DNA of 63,064 nt, filler included, from Sphacelaria rigidula (GCA_964200075.2; 11 parts of 11 records of this genome joined end to end with filler, not necessarily neighbours in it), one strand, 5' to 3'; positions 36,386-49,952 are shown, counted from the first letter of the whole stretch. The notes: generated by a model from the letters alone, not told the origin. Translations and numbers: made by a program.

Positions 36386-38676
36386 CAAGGGCAGGTTGAG
36401 TAGAGTACACTCAATACTCAGTATTTTCGAGGAGTCATACTTTCAGTACCCAAATTTTGAGTAGAGTATTTGAGGCCGTACTCAACCTTCTCAATATTCG
36501 AGTAGATTATTGGAAGCCCTACTCGATCTATTCAAAAGTTGAGTAGAGTATTGAGGTCATACCCAAGGGATACTCTATACTCAAGTATTACTAAGAGTGC
36601 TCACTCGAAATTTGAGTAGAGTATTGGAGGCCATACTCGATCTACTCAAACGTTGCGTAGAGCATTGGAGGTCGTACTCAATCTACTCCAAATTTGAGTG
36701 GAGTATTGGAGGCCGTACTCGATCTACTCAAAATTTGAGTAGAGTATTGAGGTCATACCTAAGTGATACTCTGCACTAAAGTATTACTGAGAGTGCCTAC
36801 TCGATATTTGAGTAGAGTATCGGAGACCGCACTCAATCTACTCAAATTTGGGTAGAGTATCCGAGGCCGTACTAAAACTACCGAAAAATTGAGTAGAGTA
36901 TTGGAGGCCGTACTCGATCTACTCGAAATTTGAGTAGAGTATTGAAGGTCGTACTCGATCTACTCAAATTTGAGTAGATTATTTGAAGCCATACTCAATT
37001 TACTCGATTTTTGAGTAGAGTATTTGATGTCATACCCAATCTACCCGAAAGTTGGGTAGAGTATCTAAGGCCGGACCCGATGTACCACCGCTGACTCTCC
37101 CATGGAAGAGTCACATGTGCGGTCAGTAGAGTCGCTCATTTTGATAATATCAACCCGATGACCCGTCTACTCGATTACTCAATGATCATGAGTAGCGCTC
37201 CGTACTGAAAGTAATATCGAAGGGAGTCAAGGTATCAAGTGTGTACTGCCATGGGTGGGGGAAGAGAGCTGGGGCAGGTAGGTCATTCACCAGCACGCTT
37301 CTTTGTTTTTTTATGGCCATCATTCACTCATACTCATTGTAGCCCGTGACGTACCGTCACTTATGTAATTGATGGTCATTGTTCGCCCATGCATCCAACG
37401 TAGTCTTTGAAGTGACGTCACGAAATCGCCGACGGTCACGGTTGCTTATCATACCCAAGTGATACTCCATACTCAAGTATTACTGAGAGTGCTTACAAGT
37501 ACTCAATATTTGAGTAGAGTATTGGAAACCGTACTCGATCTACTCGAAATTTGAGTAGAGTATTTGAGGCCGTACTCAACCTACTCGAAATTTGAGTAGA
37601 GTATTTGAGGCCGTACTCGACCTAATCAAAATTTGAGTTGAGTATTGAGGTCATACCCAAGTGACACTCCATGCTCAAGTATTGCCGAGAGTGCTTACTC
37701 AAAGCTTGAGTAGAGTATTGGAGACCGTACTCGATCTACTCAAATTTGGGTAGAGTATTGGAGGCCGTACTCAACCTACTCAAAGTTTGAGTGGGGTATT
37801 TGAGGCCGTACTCAATCTACTCAAAATTCCAGTATTGAGGTCATACCCAAGTAATCCTCTATACTCAAGTTTTACTCAGAGCGCTTCCTCGATATTTGAG
37901 TAGAGTATTGGAAACCGTACTCGATCTACTCAATATTTGAGTGGAGTATTTGAGGCCGTACTCGATCTACTCAATATTTGAGTTGAGTATTTGAGGTCAT
38001 ACCCAAGTGACACTCCATGCTCAAGTATTGCCGACAGTGCTCACTCCAAGTTTGAGTAGAGTATTGGAGACCGTACTTGATCTACCCAAATTTGGGTAGA
38101 GTGTTGGAGGCCGTACTCAACCTACTCAAAGTTTGAGTGGGGTATTTGAGGTCGTACTCGATCTACTCAAAATTCCAGTAGAGTATTGAGGTCATACCCA
38201 AGTAATCCTCTATACTCAAGTTTTACTCAGAGCGCTTCCTCGATATTTGAGTAGAGTATTGGAGGCCGTTCTCGATCTACTCAATATTTGAGTGGAGTAT
38301 TTAAGGCCGTACTCGATCTACTCAATATTTGAGTGGAGTATTTGAGGCCGTACTCGATCTACTCAATATTTGAGTGGAGTATTTGAGGCCGTACTCGACC
38401 TAATCAAAATTTCAGTAGAGTTTTGAGGCCACATCTAAGTAATTCTCTGTACTCAAGTATTACTGAGAATACTGACTCAATTTTTGAGTGGAGTATTGGA
38501 GACCGTACTCGATCTACTCAAATTTGAGTAGAGTATTGGAGGTCGTGCTCAACCTACTCAATATTTGAGTGGAGTATTGGAGTCCGTACTCGATCTACTC
38601 AAAAATTGAGTGAAGTAAATGCTCGGGTATTTTACTCGAGTTCTAAAAAGTACATACTCTACTCGACCTCCCCTTG
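36386..38676. mobile_element. Non-autonomous hAT-like element (2291 bp) with 8-bp TSD GAAGTCTG
   Basis: TIRs caagggcaggttgagtagagta / tactctactcgacctccccttg; TSD at 36378-36385 and 38677-38684; no transposase ORF. Confidence 0.88.
36395..38640. repeat. Two same-orientation arrays of a ~41-bp self-complementary unit (36395-37083 and 37448-38640) with a periodic longer variant unit
   Basis: Unit tttgagtagagtattggaggccgtactcgatctactcaaaa; variant ggtcatacccaagtgatactc...gagagtgc recurs. Confidence 0.95.
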
Positions 38677-38918
38677 GAAGTCTGGAAAGCCTGCCACTCA
38701 CCGACAGATACCTTCTAACTTCTTTCCACAGAGAACCGACAGGCCGAAACGGGATGTATCGATAACCAGAGTGGCGCATAAGACCCAGTCGATAATTCTA
38801 GGCCCCGGCATCAAAAGGAGGGGCATGATTCTGCATGCCGTAGTCATGAGACCATTGATGTCGGCATGTTCAAGACGGGGTGGGGGAGGGGGGATCACAA
38901 ACATAGCACTGGTACCAA

Positions 38919-38920
38919 AG

Positions 38921-38960
<40 letters not shown>

Positions 38961-39050
38961 CTTGACATTAAAAAAAACATTCCAAGATCTGCACAGTGTT
39001 CCGTACAGGGCATCTGATGCGGACGCCTTCCGTGATCACAGGCTGAAAAC
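38919..39050 (-). mobile_element. LINE 3' end with (AAC)n tail; same family as 52735-52840 and ~18005-18090
   Basis: Reverse complement of agcctgtgaccacggaaggcgtccgcatcagatgccc...aagacaacaac. Confidence 0.75.
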
Positions 39051-41778
39051 CCCAAATGAGGAAAAATAAGATGGAATAACAAATCGGACCTAGCGAAATC
39101 CACACAGACGCGATACAAAATTAAAAAGAACTGCTGCTTACGTCATAGGTTCCGGTGGCGAGGCGACCATCCGGACTACAGGAGTCAAAACCCAACGTTT
39201 CCACTTGGCACGCGAAGCCGGTCAGAAATGCAGCCAAACTCGAGAACCAAAGATCGCTAACCATAGCAACAAGAACCGCATGGTTATGTCCTTGAATCTC
39301 TAGAGGGACAGCCAAACGTACGAGTACACTAGGCATAACAACAAAAGCACCACACGTAACAACCACCTCGGGCGGGGGGTTCATCGGAAGCCAGGAATTA
39401 GTAAAAAAAGGAATATATAGGGAGATGGTGGGGATTCCTGCCACCTCCGCCATGTTCAGCGCGGTGCATATCCAAAACAACAAGCAAAACAACTTTGCAC
39501 GCCCAAGGGTTCAGCGCTCAATCGCGGCAAACACGTACTCCAGATACGGATACTTTGGAGACGACGAGACGTGGCCAGGAATACCTCGTACCCACTCATC
39601 GAGTTCACAGTAGAATATGACGATATTCAAACAGTTTGCTAGCCAATACTTGACGAATCAGACGTCGATCATTTCTCATATGTTCTGTCCTGTAAGTATT
39701 CCAAACACACATTTCAGTTTGTGAGACCAACACATAGCGCGGTCCCTTTATAGTGCTTCGGGGTTCTAATGTTGCACAGTGAAAAAACCACATGACCCAA
39801 CTTCATCCCCTGCAGTAGACCTTCAAGTAGTCGTGATAGTGCGGGCACCCACGATCGTGTTGTTAGTCGGGCCAGGCCACCGCCCACATCATCGTTGAAT
39901 CCCGTTTTCAGTTGGAGATACTGTAGTGTGACCAGAGAAATGTAACCTATGGGTAAAGTGCCTCGCAAACACAGCAAGCGATGTGTAGTCCTTCCACGGA
40001 GGAACATCGTAAAAACAACCACCAGGGGGTGTACTCATGATCATGCATGCCATAGTCATCAGACCATTGACCTCGCATCCCTACAAAGCCGGGACGGANN
40101 NNNNNNNNNNNNNNNNNNNNNNNNNNNNNNNNNNNNNNNNNNTTAATTAATTAANNNNNNNNNNNNNNNNNNNNNNNNNNNNNNNNNNNNNNNNNNNNGT
40201 TAAGGGCTCGTATAAACATAACGGACTTTACTTATGGGACAGAGGAAGTATATATATATATATATATATATTGCCCGCCCAATATGTCGACGCGAGAGAC
40301 AGGTCAATATATATGTTCATGTATCATTTCACATTGTTCACCACTTTTGCCGAGTTTTCTCTGGCGGCAAGGCACATTGTCCCGCGCTTTCTTTGGCAGC
40401 ACACTAAGAAGGCTCAGTGGTACATTACCGTTCAGGTTTCAATGTCGTCTGATACCTGTGGCGCTTGTTTTGGCCACCGAAAGTCGCTCAAACTGGCCCT
40501 TTTTCGCGGGGTGTCGATCTCGAACCACAAAAGCCTTTTCACGATCATGAAAAACTTGAAACAGGATTACTTTTGGAGGAGTAGTTCTCCCACGTGATTT
40601 TCTTTGTCGTTTTCTCGTTTGTTTGGGAGCACGAACACACCGGTTATGCCATCAACGTCACGAGAAGATGAGCGCAAAGCAGTCGAAAACAATGGAACAT
40701 TGCCTTGGCCTTAGTCAGCAGCAAACACAAGGCCGTGCAATGGGCCGTTGGGGAGTCGGACAAGGCACAGCAGCATGGCAGCACAGGAATATTTTGAGGC
40801 AAAAAACAACCACCCTGTTTTGAAAAAAAGGCCCGGTGATGTGGAAGCAACAGTGATGTGCAATCGTTTCAGACAACAACCAACAACCTCATGTCCACAG
40901 AAATGGAAAATGTCATGTGCAGCGAAAAATGACACCACGGCAAAAACATGCCCGTTAAAAAGAGTGGCCCGGTGAAAAAAAAAAGTGAAAAGTTCGGCCA
41001 GCTTTAAAAAAGCGCAACTCTCGTGCGCAGAGAAAAAGCGAAGCACTGAAAGAACATATCCGCGAGCTCCCCAAGTGAGAAAGAACATGCCAGGGATGCT
41101 CCACGTATTCCAACAGCCAGCCAAGGCCGTTATTTTGTTCAGAGAATTGCAAACTCTCATGCGCAGCGAAAAGGCGAAGCACCGGAAGAACATACCCGCG
41201 AGCTACCCAAGTGGCAAAGAACATGCCAGGAATGCTCCACGCATTCCAATTTTTCGGGAAGTGCCTCCCGCTGTCATGTCTTTGTGTCACGAGAGCTACT
41301 CCGCACTCTGATCCCTCGGGAATACCACGCATATCCTACGCCGGCGGTTCCTCCGGAGCCACCATCCGATAACACATGCGATGTTTTGTATAGCCGCGAT
41401 CACTACTGCGCATTGAGATAAAAACAGCCTCTATTAACCATATATTTTCGACTTGCGTCACCCCCGGGAGGCCCGCATCAAACTCCCGAAGGAAGAACCT
41501 TGGGTGCATGTATAATATATATATGTTTTGTCATCAATATGTCAAGGCTCGCGACATGCAATATACATATCGATCGGACAAAAATACCACGACACGCACC
41601 ACCTCGATATATATTGGTCGAGTAATACGTTGGTGCGGTAAGGCGGCAATGCATATTTGCCGAGCAAGATATTGGATGCCACACGAGGTCAACGTGTATT
41701 GACGGTTCAATATACCCACCACCCGAAGCACCAATATATATACATATATATATTGCTGCCCCAATATGGCGCGCGTCA

Positions 41779-42560
41779 GGCGGGGTCGTATCAGAAGTGA
41801 TTATCACTTTTCAAGAAATCACTTTTGTGAAAAACGACCGATGATTGGTTGCTGCGATACCACCCCCCCCCCGAAAAGTGTCAAAAAATCACTTTTGTTA
41901 AAGTGATTTTGTGACACCTCGAACGGGAACATAAAACATCCCGTTCACAGGGGCATAACCGAAGTCTTGACAGACAAGTCAAGACAATCAAACGTGAACC
42001 TGAGGATCACATTACCCTCCCAAACCAAACCACACCGCTCCATTCATTGCTGCTCATCAGCTGAGCACCCTGTGCGTGACCTTGCTCAAATCGGTTCAGA
42101 ATTCAGTGAGAAATGATGATTTGCGTGAGACGCGCGCACAGCACATGCTCAAAAACAGTCAGCAGCATCACGTTTTCGGTTGCTATTTGACACGCACGCG
42201 GCCGCCTTTCATCTAATCCTGAACGGATTTCCGTCAAACAAAGGCTGTCTGTCGTGTGTACATGGTGAATATCTAGCGCTTGAGCTAATGTGCGTGAGTG
42301 GTGAATGTCTATCCATCCGTTTTCGCGGCGAAGTGTGTCGGCGCTATGCTACCTCTCTGCGTCTTGTCCGCAGCAGTACAGAGAGATTGGACTAACGGCC
42401 ACTTCCAGAACCGCCGCATTTTTCACCTGTGCGCAGATCTGGGCTTTGATCTGAACAAAACTGCTTGTTGATAAGACGCAGCACTGGTCATTGTGGGGGC
42501 AATCACTTCTCGAAAAGTGATTTTTTGAAAAGTGATCATCACTTCTGATAAGACCCCGCC
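41779..42560. mobile_element. PIF/Harbinger-like MITE, 782 bp, ~48-bp TIRs, 3-bp TSD TCA
   Basis: tca|ggcggggtcgtatcagaagtgattatcacttttcaa ... ttgaaaagtgatcatcacttctgataagaccccgcc|tca. Confidence 0.8.
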
Positions 42561-43479
42561 TCAATGCGCCCGATATGTATCAAGCAAACAATAAGCTGGG
42601 GAATACCAATATATACACATATATATACATTACGCTGGCAATTGATTTTTTATCGATTGATTGATTGTTGCACGTTTGCTGACCCCTCAGGGATCCAGCC
42701 GTGGTCACATGATAGACGTACCCGAGACAAAAAAAAATGAAACATTCGCTGAGCAAAGAAGAAACAGAAAAAGTAGAACAGAACAACATAGTAGACCAAG
42801 ACGAAAACTAAAATAAAATAAAAAATAAGCAGATGAAAGAAAAACAAAGCCCGGCCTCTGACGCATGGTAATATGTCACCATATTCTAACATGATCGACT
42901 GATATACATTGGAGACAAATTGTATGGGCCAGGGTGTGGAACATTCATCTCTTCACACAGAATCCGCTTTTATGGACGAGGTAGGCAGAAAAAGCACCTC
43001 TCCAGAGAACACTCCATATCTCACAGAACCCCCAGGAAGGACCATTGAATAGAGGAGTTCAACTCGACTTCGTTTTCGAAGATGGCTGTGAAGAAACATG
43101 GATGTAGTACTGGGAAATAATGCGAAACGCCTTGGGCAGAAATGCGCTTTCAGTGAAACTGTACTGTTTCTAAGCCGTCTGAGACCCCATTTGGGCCCCA
43201 AGCTCATTGAAAGCAAAAAAAGCGTTGCTACTGGCTGATCAGTAGCTTATAGAAGTGACGCACATGATGATAATCAAGCACGCATACCGAAAGGAATGCC
43301 GCCCATGCATATCCCAGACCCATCACGGTCAGTACCAGAGGAATACAGAACAGCTGTCGTAGAGCACAGCGCAGCACAGCACTGCAGAGCAACGCACCGC
43401 ACACTAGATTACAGTTCTACAATAGCTGGGTGTCAGGGCAGCGAGGACCTATCCTGGGCGTGATTACCAACAACAAGTG

Positions 43480-43566
43480 TACAGTGCAGTACAGTGCAGT
43501 ACAGTACAGTACAGTACAGTACAGTACAGTACAGTACAGTACAGTACAGTACAATAGTACAGTACA
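43480..43566. repeat. (ACAGT)n pentanucleotide microsatellite
   Basis: Seen directly. Confidence 0.95.
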
Positions 43567-46289
43567 AGGGATATATGTGCCAGCCGAACCCATGTTTACC
43601 CCAGTTTGTGTGCACTAATTACTGGCGGTTTGTGCATCCGATCATGCTGTGTGACCAGGTAGTGTACGGAGGGGTAGCAGAGCCTGTCCTTGCTACGTAT
43701 TGCAGTCGTCGTGTACTCTCGGGTCGTCTCATATCTCAGCTGCTTCTTAGTGTTGGCATATCGGTCGGGTTTGCAATATTTTGTGTCAACGGAGAGGGTA
43801 ATTAACGCGGGTCCTTCAGTACCATTCGCGTACTCGAAAAACTCTACAAGCAAATTATGAAAATCGCGAAAGAAAACGAAGACTTGTTCCAACTATAAGA
43901 AAGTAGTTTTGATCCCTGTAGGATCCAGATCGTCTAAATACGACATTCGTGTCATGTTAGCCTCGGTAGAATCACTTGAGTATAGTATGGGGAATGTCCT
44001 TCTACGTCATCACTTCGGCACGCTTTTCCTGCCTCAATGAAAAAGGGATCCAAATTTGGTCGCTGGCCGCGTGATCGGTGTCCCCTTGCTGATGTGATTG
44101 GTCTAGCACCGCCAGAAATTCGACAAGACGCCGTCCACGCCACATTTATGTAGTACTAGCACGCCCTGGGTCCCAACATGGTTCGTGCACAGCCCAGTTT
44201 GACTTTGTAAGAACAAATGGTTTCAAAGGAAGTCACTGGCAAAGAAAGCCCGTACTCTCTCCACTCTGAACTGTTCAAGAATCTTGGAAACGCCCGAAGA
44301 GCGAATCAATTCGTGACCACGGATAGTGACCCCGCACGACTTGGTCGTGGCCGTCTGACCCGGGGTCAGCGGGGGAGTCTTGAGAGGGTTTATTCGCCCA
44401 TCGGCATTCCCTATTCTTCATCTTTCCCATCGCGAAGGCAATCAATCAGCTGTGCCGTATCGCCAACCCACTACAACCCGGGTCGTGCATGCATCACGGG
44501 GTAGTCGTGAGCTGCTGTTTCCTATTTGCCTGAAGCCTGAGTATGCCTGGTTTTCGGGTTGTTTCTTGTCCTGCGGCACAAGTCGAGCCCTGGGTGTTAT
44601 GTCACGCCCAGTATCGTTCAGTACGAGTAAGAAGTAATATATATTTTCAAAAAGTGCACGAGTTTGAGTTTCTCGCAAGTCCGTTTTGTTCAGCAATCCA
44701 GCGGTAGTTCCAGGTGTGGATAGGGCTAGTTCTCAATTGCACATTGCAACCCCGTCAACGTGCTCATTGGCAAGTGCAGTCGCAGCGAACGTAGCCCAAC
44801 ATGCTGTAATAGTGATGGCTAGTCTTATTCACCGACGTGACGGAAATAGGCAAACGCTTACGTTGGTGCAGGAGTTCTGTGCTCCACAATCACGATAATT
44901 CCGCGTACGTTCATCGCGAGCACTTTGCGTACCGCCGCCGTTCTCGCTCTCCGTTTCCTCAACTCATCATCATGAGCACCGAAGATAGAACCCTGGCGCC
45001 GCATGGGAGTCAATAGGAACCTGATTACGGCGTGGACCGGGTACTACTGTCAACTGTGCACAGCAGTGCAGCTCTCCGGGCTCCCGCCGGGCTGGTGCAT
45101 GGAATTCCGCCGCATTCTTGCCGAAGCGCGATCGATTTCGCCGCATTTGAACTTGGAGCTTTTTGGTGACGCCGCTAAGCGCACAGGTCCGCTGCGCAGT
45201 GCACACCTGTGATAAGCCCTTGAAAAACACGACGAACGACAATGGTGGGAGTGGGATTTAATGATCCGGAACAGCTCTACGTGCTGCACAAAATGTGCAG
45301 AGAAGGGAACACTACCGATGTCGCCAGGCTGCCGCCTTCGCGGCGACATATCCTGAACACGCGAAGCCCATCCAGTGGAAGAACGGTGAAGCACGCGTTG
45401 TGGTTTTTCGCGTGTTCACGCTTTCTCGAAACCAAAAGTAGTCGCCATGACAAATCTTCGCTGTGTTTTGAAAGTCTCATGGTAAGATGTCTTTCAACCA
45501 AACCGTTTTGCGATATATTGAGTACTAGTTGCGATGATGAAATTGGTGTACAGTACTGTACAGTGGTCATTGGAGCCGACGGATCAAGTACGGCCACACC
45601 ATCGACGTAACGTCGCTCAATCACGATTTTGTCTGGAACCGCAAACCCGCACTTCTGACAGATCTCCTCAACCCTTTTGGTACTGGCGATTAGGGTTGTA
45701 TATCGACTATTTTTAGGGGTTGATTTGATACTTGATTTTTTCTTCCAAATTGGCTTGATTCAATCATGATTAGTTGAGTAACCCTTTGAGAACTAAATTG
45801 CTGATTCTTGTTTTGTGAATCTTTGTGAATCGGCATCATTNNNNNNNNNNNNNNNNNNNNNNNNNNNNNNNNNNNNNNNNNNNNTTAATTAATTAANNNN
45901 NNNNNNNNNNNNNNNNNNNNNNNNNNNNNNNNNNNNNNNNCGTTATTCTGTGGTATCGCCACTTCCAGAGACAGCCATGGCTTTGACACTGCCTCATGGG
46001 TGTCTAACCGGGGGTGGGGGGGTGGGGCGTACTCATTTGTTGCTTGCCTTAGTCGTTTGACCATTGACCACGCATCCCTTTCGAGACGGAGCACCGACGA
46101 GGGTAAGGGGCTGCTGAACCCCTCTCGCGATAAAAAATAAAGGCAAGCAACTGCAGAAGGAAGGTGGGGTACTAAAAACAAAGAAAATCAAAGAAAACTC
46201 CTGTGTTGACCTTCCTCCTGTGTGACCCCGGCTGGTGCGCCCACATATACCGAAAGGTGTAGACCGGCGTCCAGAATAGATGGGGCGAC

Positions 46290-46304
46290 AACACACACAC
46301 ACAT

Positions 46305-46366
<62 letters not shown>

Positions 46367-46368
46367 AC
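46290..46368. repeat. (CA)n microsatellite
   Basis: Seen directly. Confidence 0.95.
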
Positions 46369-46383
46369 GATGCTATTTATGAA

Positions 46384-46623
46384 CCCTTTTGGAACTGATG
46401 ATGAAAAAGTGACGATTTACAAACTCCCATATGCGAACTTCCGTCACCGGGAAACGTCATTTCGAGTTCGGTGCACGAATTTGTCACATTAGTATACTTG
46501 AACTTGCAGTGGTGCACCGTTTTGATGGGCAGTATCATCAATAGCTGCCGGAAAAAAAACACACCTCGCCCAAAAAACCGTCAATTGTAAATCGTCACTT
46601 TTTCATCAACGGTTCCAAAAGGG
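46384..46623. mobile_element. piggyBac-like MITE, second family, ~37-bp TIRs
   Basis: tgaa|cccttttggaactgatgatgaaaaagtgacgatttacaa ... ttgtaaatcgtcactttttcatcaacggttccaaaaggg|ttaa. Confidence 0.75.
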
Positions 46624-47230
46624 TTAACACGAGAGGCATCTCTACACCTCCCAGCGCTTGCACAAGCCATAATCTGAAACCGCTCTCGAGACACGGTCTT
46701 CCGAGTTGCGGAGCATACGGCACGACGATGTATCGACCGAAAGTAAGGCAGGCAAATGCGAGACAGCAAGGACCGTGCGAGAAGTCAGCCATTGGTCAAG
46801 AAGGACGCGGTCATTGGTCAAAAAGGACGGGGGCACTAAAAATTACATGCAATAGAGGTCTGTACTCTCCAACCCCCTTGCCGAAATCAAAAGTTGACAT
46901 CTCCCTACTTTCGCCCCGCTCTGGGCGTAAACCCTAGACCAAACTCAAATCGAAGGTATACTGAGAAACCTCGGGGAGGACGCGGTGAAGACAATACTCA
47001 AGATGACGCGAGCACTGCCAGAGCTTAATCAACGCCTGCCAAGTCGGCGTCGCAGGCACTGACTTGGGGGCAAAAACGCCTCCTGCGCACGTTTGCGTAC
47101 ACCTGAGATTGCCAGCCCCTCCAAAAATCCAACAGAAATGGTCCATGCAGAGCCAGTTACGTCTCAACCATGGATGTTGGCGACAGGTTGGGCGTATAAA
47201 CTCTCCAGAACTGATAAATGGTATACGCAC

Positions 47231-48571
47231 CTGCTCCCACAACGGCCAATATTCGGTGACTCCGGACTGAACAACCCACGCAGCGTCGCGGTTCATCGTC
47301 GCGCTCCGCCGCCTCGCCGTAACGTAGTGCACCTCCGGCTGCATCGATACGTACGCCAACAGCGCCGTCAGGCACCCATCGTCATCCTCACCATCACTCC
47401 CTGCTCCCTTACCTCCACCGATCTCATGAGGTTGATGTATCAAAATCTTCTTCCCACTCGGGCCGACCGTGTATCGCGCCGCCGCAAAACCGCACGATCC
47501 CGGAGACCGGCGTCCCCAGTTCCGTCCCAGCGACCATTGCCTCTCCCCCCGTCCGCCGTGCACGTGCTCCAGCAGGTTGGCCCACTCCCTCCTCTTTCTG
47601 TCCTCGTGTGACAAGTCGTGATCCAACTTCAGGTGCTCCTGCCCGCCGCCCACACCGCGCGCGGCTTCCAGCTGTCGATTGACGCGAACTACGGTTTCGC
47701 CACCTTCTGGTTCTCGAGAATCTTCCGCACTTGTTGCATATCTTTCGACACCATCTACCGCACTCAACCCCGCCGCGTCCGCAACATCACCGCCGCCCGC
47801 AGCTTGTGTCCGTCGCCGGCGCTGCTGGGGTTGCTGCGATTCTTGACCCCAGAAATGATCCCGCTTCAGCACCCTGGCCAGAGCAGCCTGATCGTCCGCT
47901 GAATAAATCCAGCGCTTCACCAAGCTCTCCGTCTCCCGCTGCCCCCATGATGGCCGAGGTGTGAGGTTAATTTCAATTGCGTCGACCAGACCCGTTCGCG
48001 AGTGCTCCACGAGACGCCGCGTTCTCGGCCTTGCCGCCCGCGTCGCGGCGGCGGCGGTGGCTTCCGCCGCGCCATCACCAACTTTCCTTTCGTTGACATC
48101 ATTGTCGCCGACCGCCCGAAGATGACGGCTATCTCCGTCGCCCCCGGCCGCCGCTGTTGCATCTTCCCCTCCGTCCCACACTATATCCTTATACCCTGAT
48201 TGCAATAGCGCCGACGGGGTAGGGTCAACGGCGACGGCGGGCGCGAGCTTTGCGAGATGCGTGAATGGCTCTAGCGAAAAGGTGCCCCTTTCTCCTTCGC
48301 CGCCGCCGCCTTTGCTGCCGAGGCCGTCGACCGCCATCAGCTCGACCGAGGCACGGTCGAGGCTTGCCACGGAGCACAGGGGCTGCCCCTTCTTGTGTGA
48401 CAGTGTCCGCACGTATTGCGACCCGCCCGCCAGCTCCCGAAGGCGCTTGGCATTCTTCCACCCCGGTTCGCTGCACACCACGAACGGGCTCCTTGTGGTT
48501 CCCGACAGGGCATAAAATCGAGACCACTCTAGTTCCAGCAGGCTACGAAATGAGTCTTCGCTGCCAGCGAG
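47231..48571 (-). CDS. Large internal exon (447 codons): probable pro-region and start of the catalytic domain of an S8 subtilase (KP-43/TagC-like)
   Basis: CAG acceptor and GTGCGT donor, phase 0; ends QPEVHYV.......MNRDAAWVVQSGVTEYWPLWEQ, the pattern that precedes G..G.G..V...DTG; catalytic triad not in this contig. Confidence 0.7.
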
Positions 48572-49110
48572 CTGTGTCAACGCAAGGGCGGGGGCGGAAC
48601 AGGGCATGGAGAGGCACGGTCGGGTGGGGTCCTACGGAGAAGCACTTGGTGGGTTTAGGTAACAGTACCACATTGTAGGGCACATTGTCGTCATTTTTAC
48701 CATTTTTTAAGGAAGTGATGAGTTTTTCCTGTTTTTGCTGAAACTTCAACTCGCTCTAACTTCCTGTTAATTTATTTTTTTCCCCTGCACCACTCAGAGG
48801 GTTGCGCGGGTTGATGATAAACATGTCGAGTTAAAATTTCAGCACCCAACTCTTCGAATTACCAATGGCATCTTCACTCTTCGTCAAAAAAAAACTGTCA
48901 GCTGGCCCAGCTCGTGACGATTATCGAATATTGTGCACCACCTCCGCAAAAAAGTCGATGACGTGAAGACACCAGCTAAAAGCTTGATAGGATTCAACCG
49001 GCCACAGCAACGTAATCGTCATTTTCCAATCGACGCTGGAAACACACGAAGGGGGGTAGAAGGTGCATTGCAACACGAACGATGTTAGATACATGTATCG
49101 GAACGGTTCA

Positions 49111-49220
49111 TTAACCCTTTGACCGCGAGGGGAGGTCACCTGCTGAATCGGCATCAATATTCACTTGAAAAAAGTATGCGTGATCTAGATGGAACACCCG
49201 CACCGCGGTCTAAGGGTTAA
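49111..49220. mobile_element. piggyBac-like MITE (102 bp) flanked by TTAA
   Basis: TTAA|ccctttgaccgcg ... cgcggtctaaggg|TTAA. Confidence 0.88.
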
Positions 49221-49287
49221 GAGTTATTATTATAATTATAATTATATCCATCACATTAGCTCCATCTCTCGAACCCGTGGTCACAGA

Positions 49288-49297
49288 NNNNNNNNNN
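49288..49297. other. 10-N scaffold gap inside a contig
   Basis: Ten N without the linker core. Confidence 0.95.
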
Positions 49298-49846
49298 CCA
49301 CCAATATACCCATAGCCCAAACAGCCCGCACAAGAAGGCAAGAAACAAAAACATCTACACGAAAAAGAGTAGGGAATCGTTGACTCTTGGATCTCCATGC
49401 TAATTGCTCCGAGTTTTTGCTCGCTGACAATCTTGACATTCCCGAGTGCTGTTCTTGGAGGATGGTTTTGTAGGCGTACATGGACGCTCAACAAAATGCG
49501 ACATGGACGGGTGGTTAGGCCAAGCAGTTTTTCATGCCAATCTCGAAGCGCAGACCGTCTTGGAAGTCAAACAGGCGTATTTATATGACTGCACTGCAGA
49601 ATCATGTATGCTAGTGACTGAGAGAAGAGCGCTCGCAGCATACGGATTATGCGACCACCCGCCACTGTCTGTTTGACCGCGAGGGTAGGTCATATGAGTC
49701 TTGTGTATTACTCCTTCAAGTGAATTGATCACCGATCAAACAGATGGCTTTTGCTGGCGGTCGAACGCTCAAGATCTGCAAGTTTGCTGTAATCGATCCT
49801 ACAGGCTTCGTGATCCGGGATCCACAATATTGGCGGCCTGGCCGGC

Positions 49847-49952
49847 TTAACCCTTAGACCGCGAGATTAGTCTTTCTGGACCATGCACACTTTTTTTCAC
49901 TTGAAAATGATGCCGATTCAACAGAAGACTAACCTCACGGTCTAAGGGTTAA
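49847..49952. mobile_element. piggyBac-like MITE (98 bp) flanked by TTAA, opposite orientation
   Basis: TTAA|cccttagaccgcgag ... ctcacggtctaaggg|TTAA. Confidence 0.88.

Noticed and set aside
36395..38640. CRISPR-like palindromic repeat array
   Set aside because: Units are head-to-tail with no unique spacers, no cas genes are present, and the array is bounded by TIRs and a TSD in eukaryotic DNA
44280..44345. Minus-strand VRGH....IDSLFGR, resembling a DDE transposase GH...D..F motif
   Set aside because: Short match, nearby stops and no supporting upstream catalytic motif
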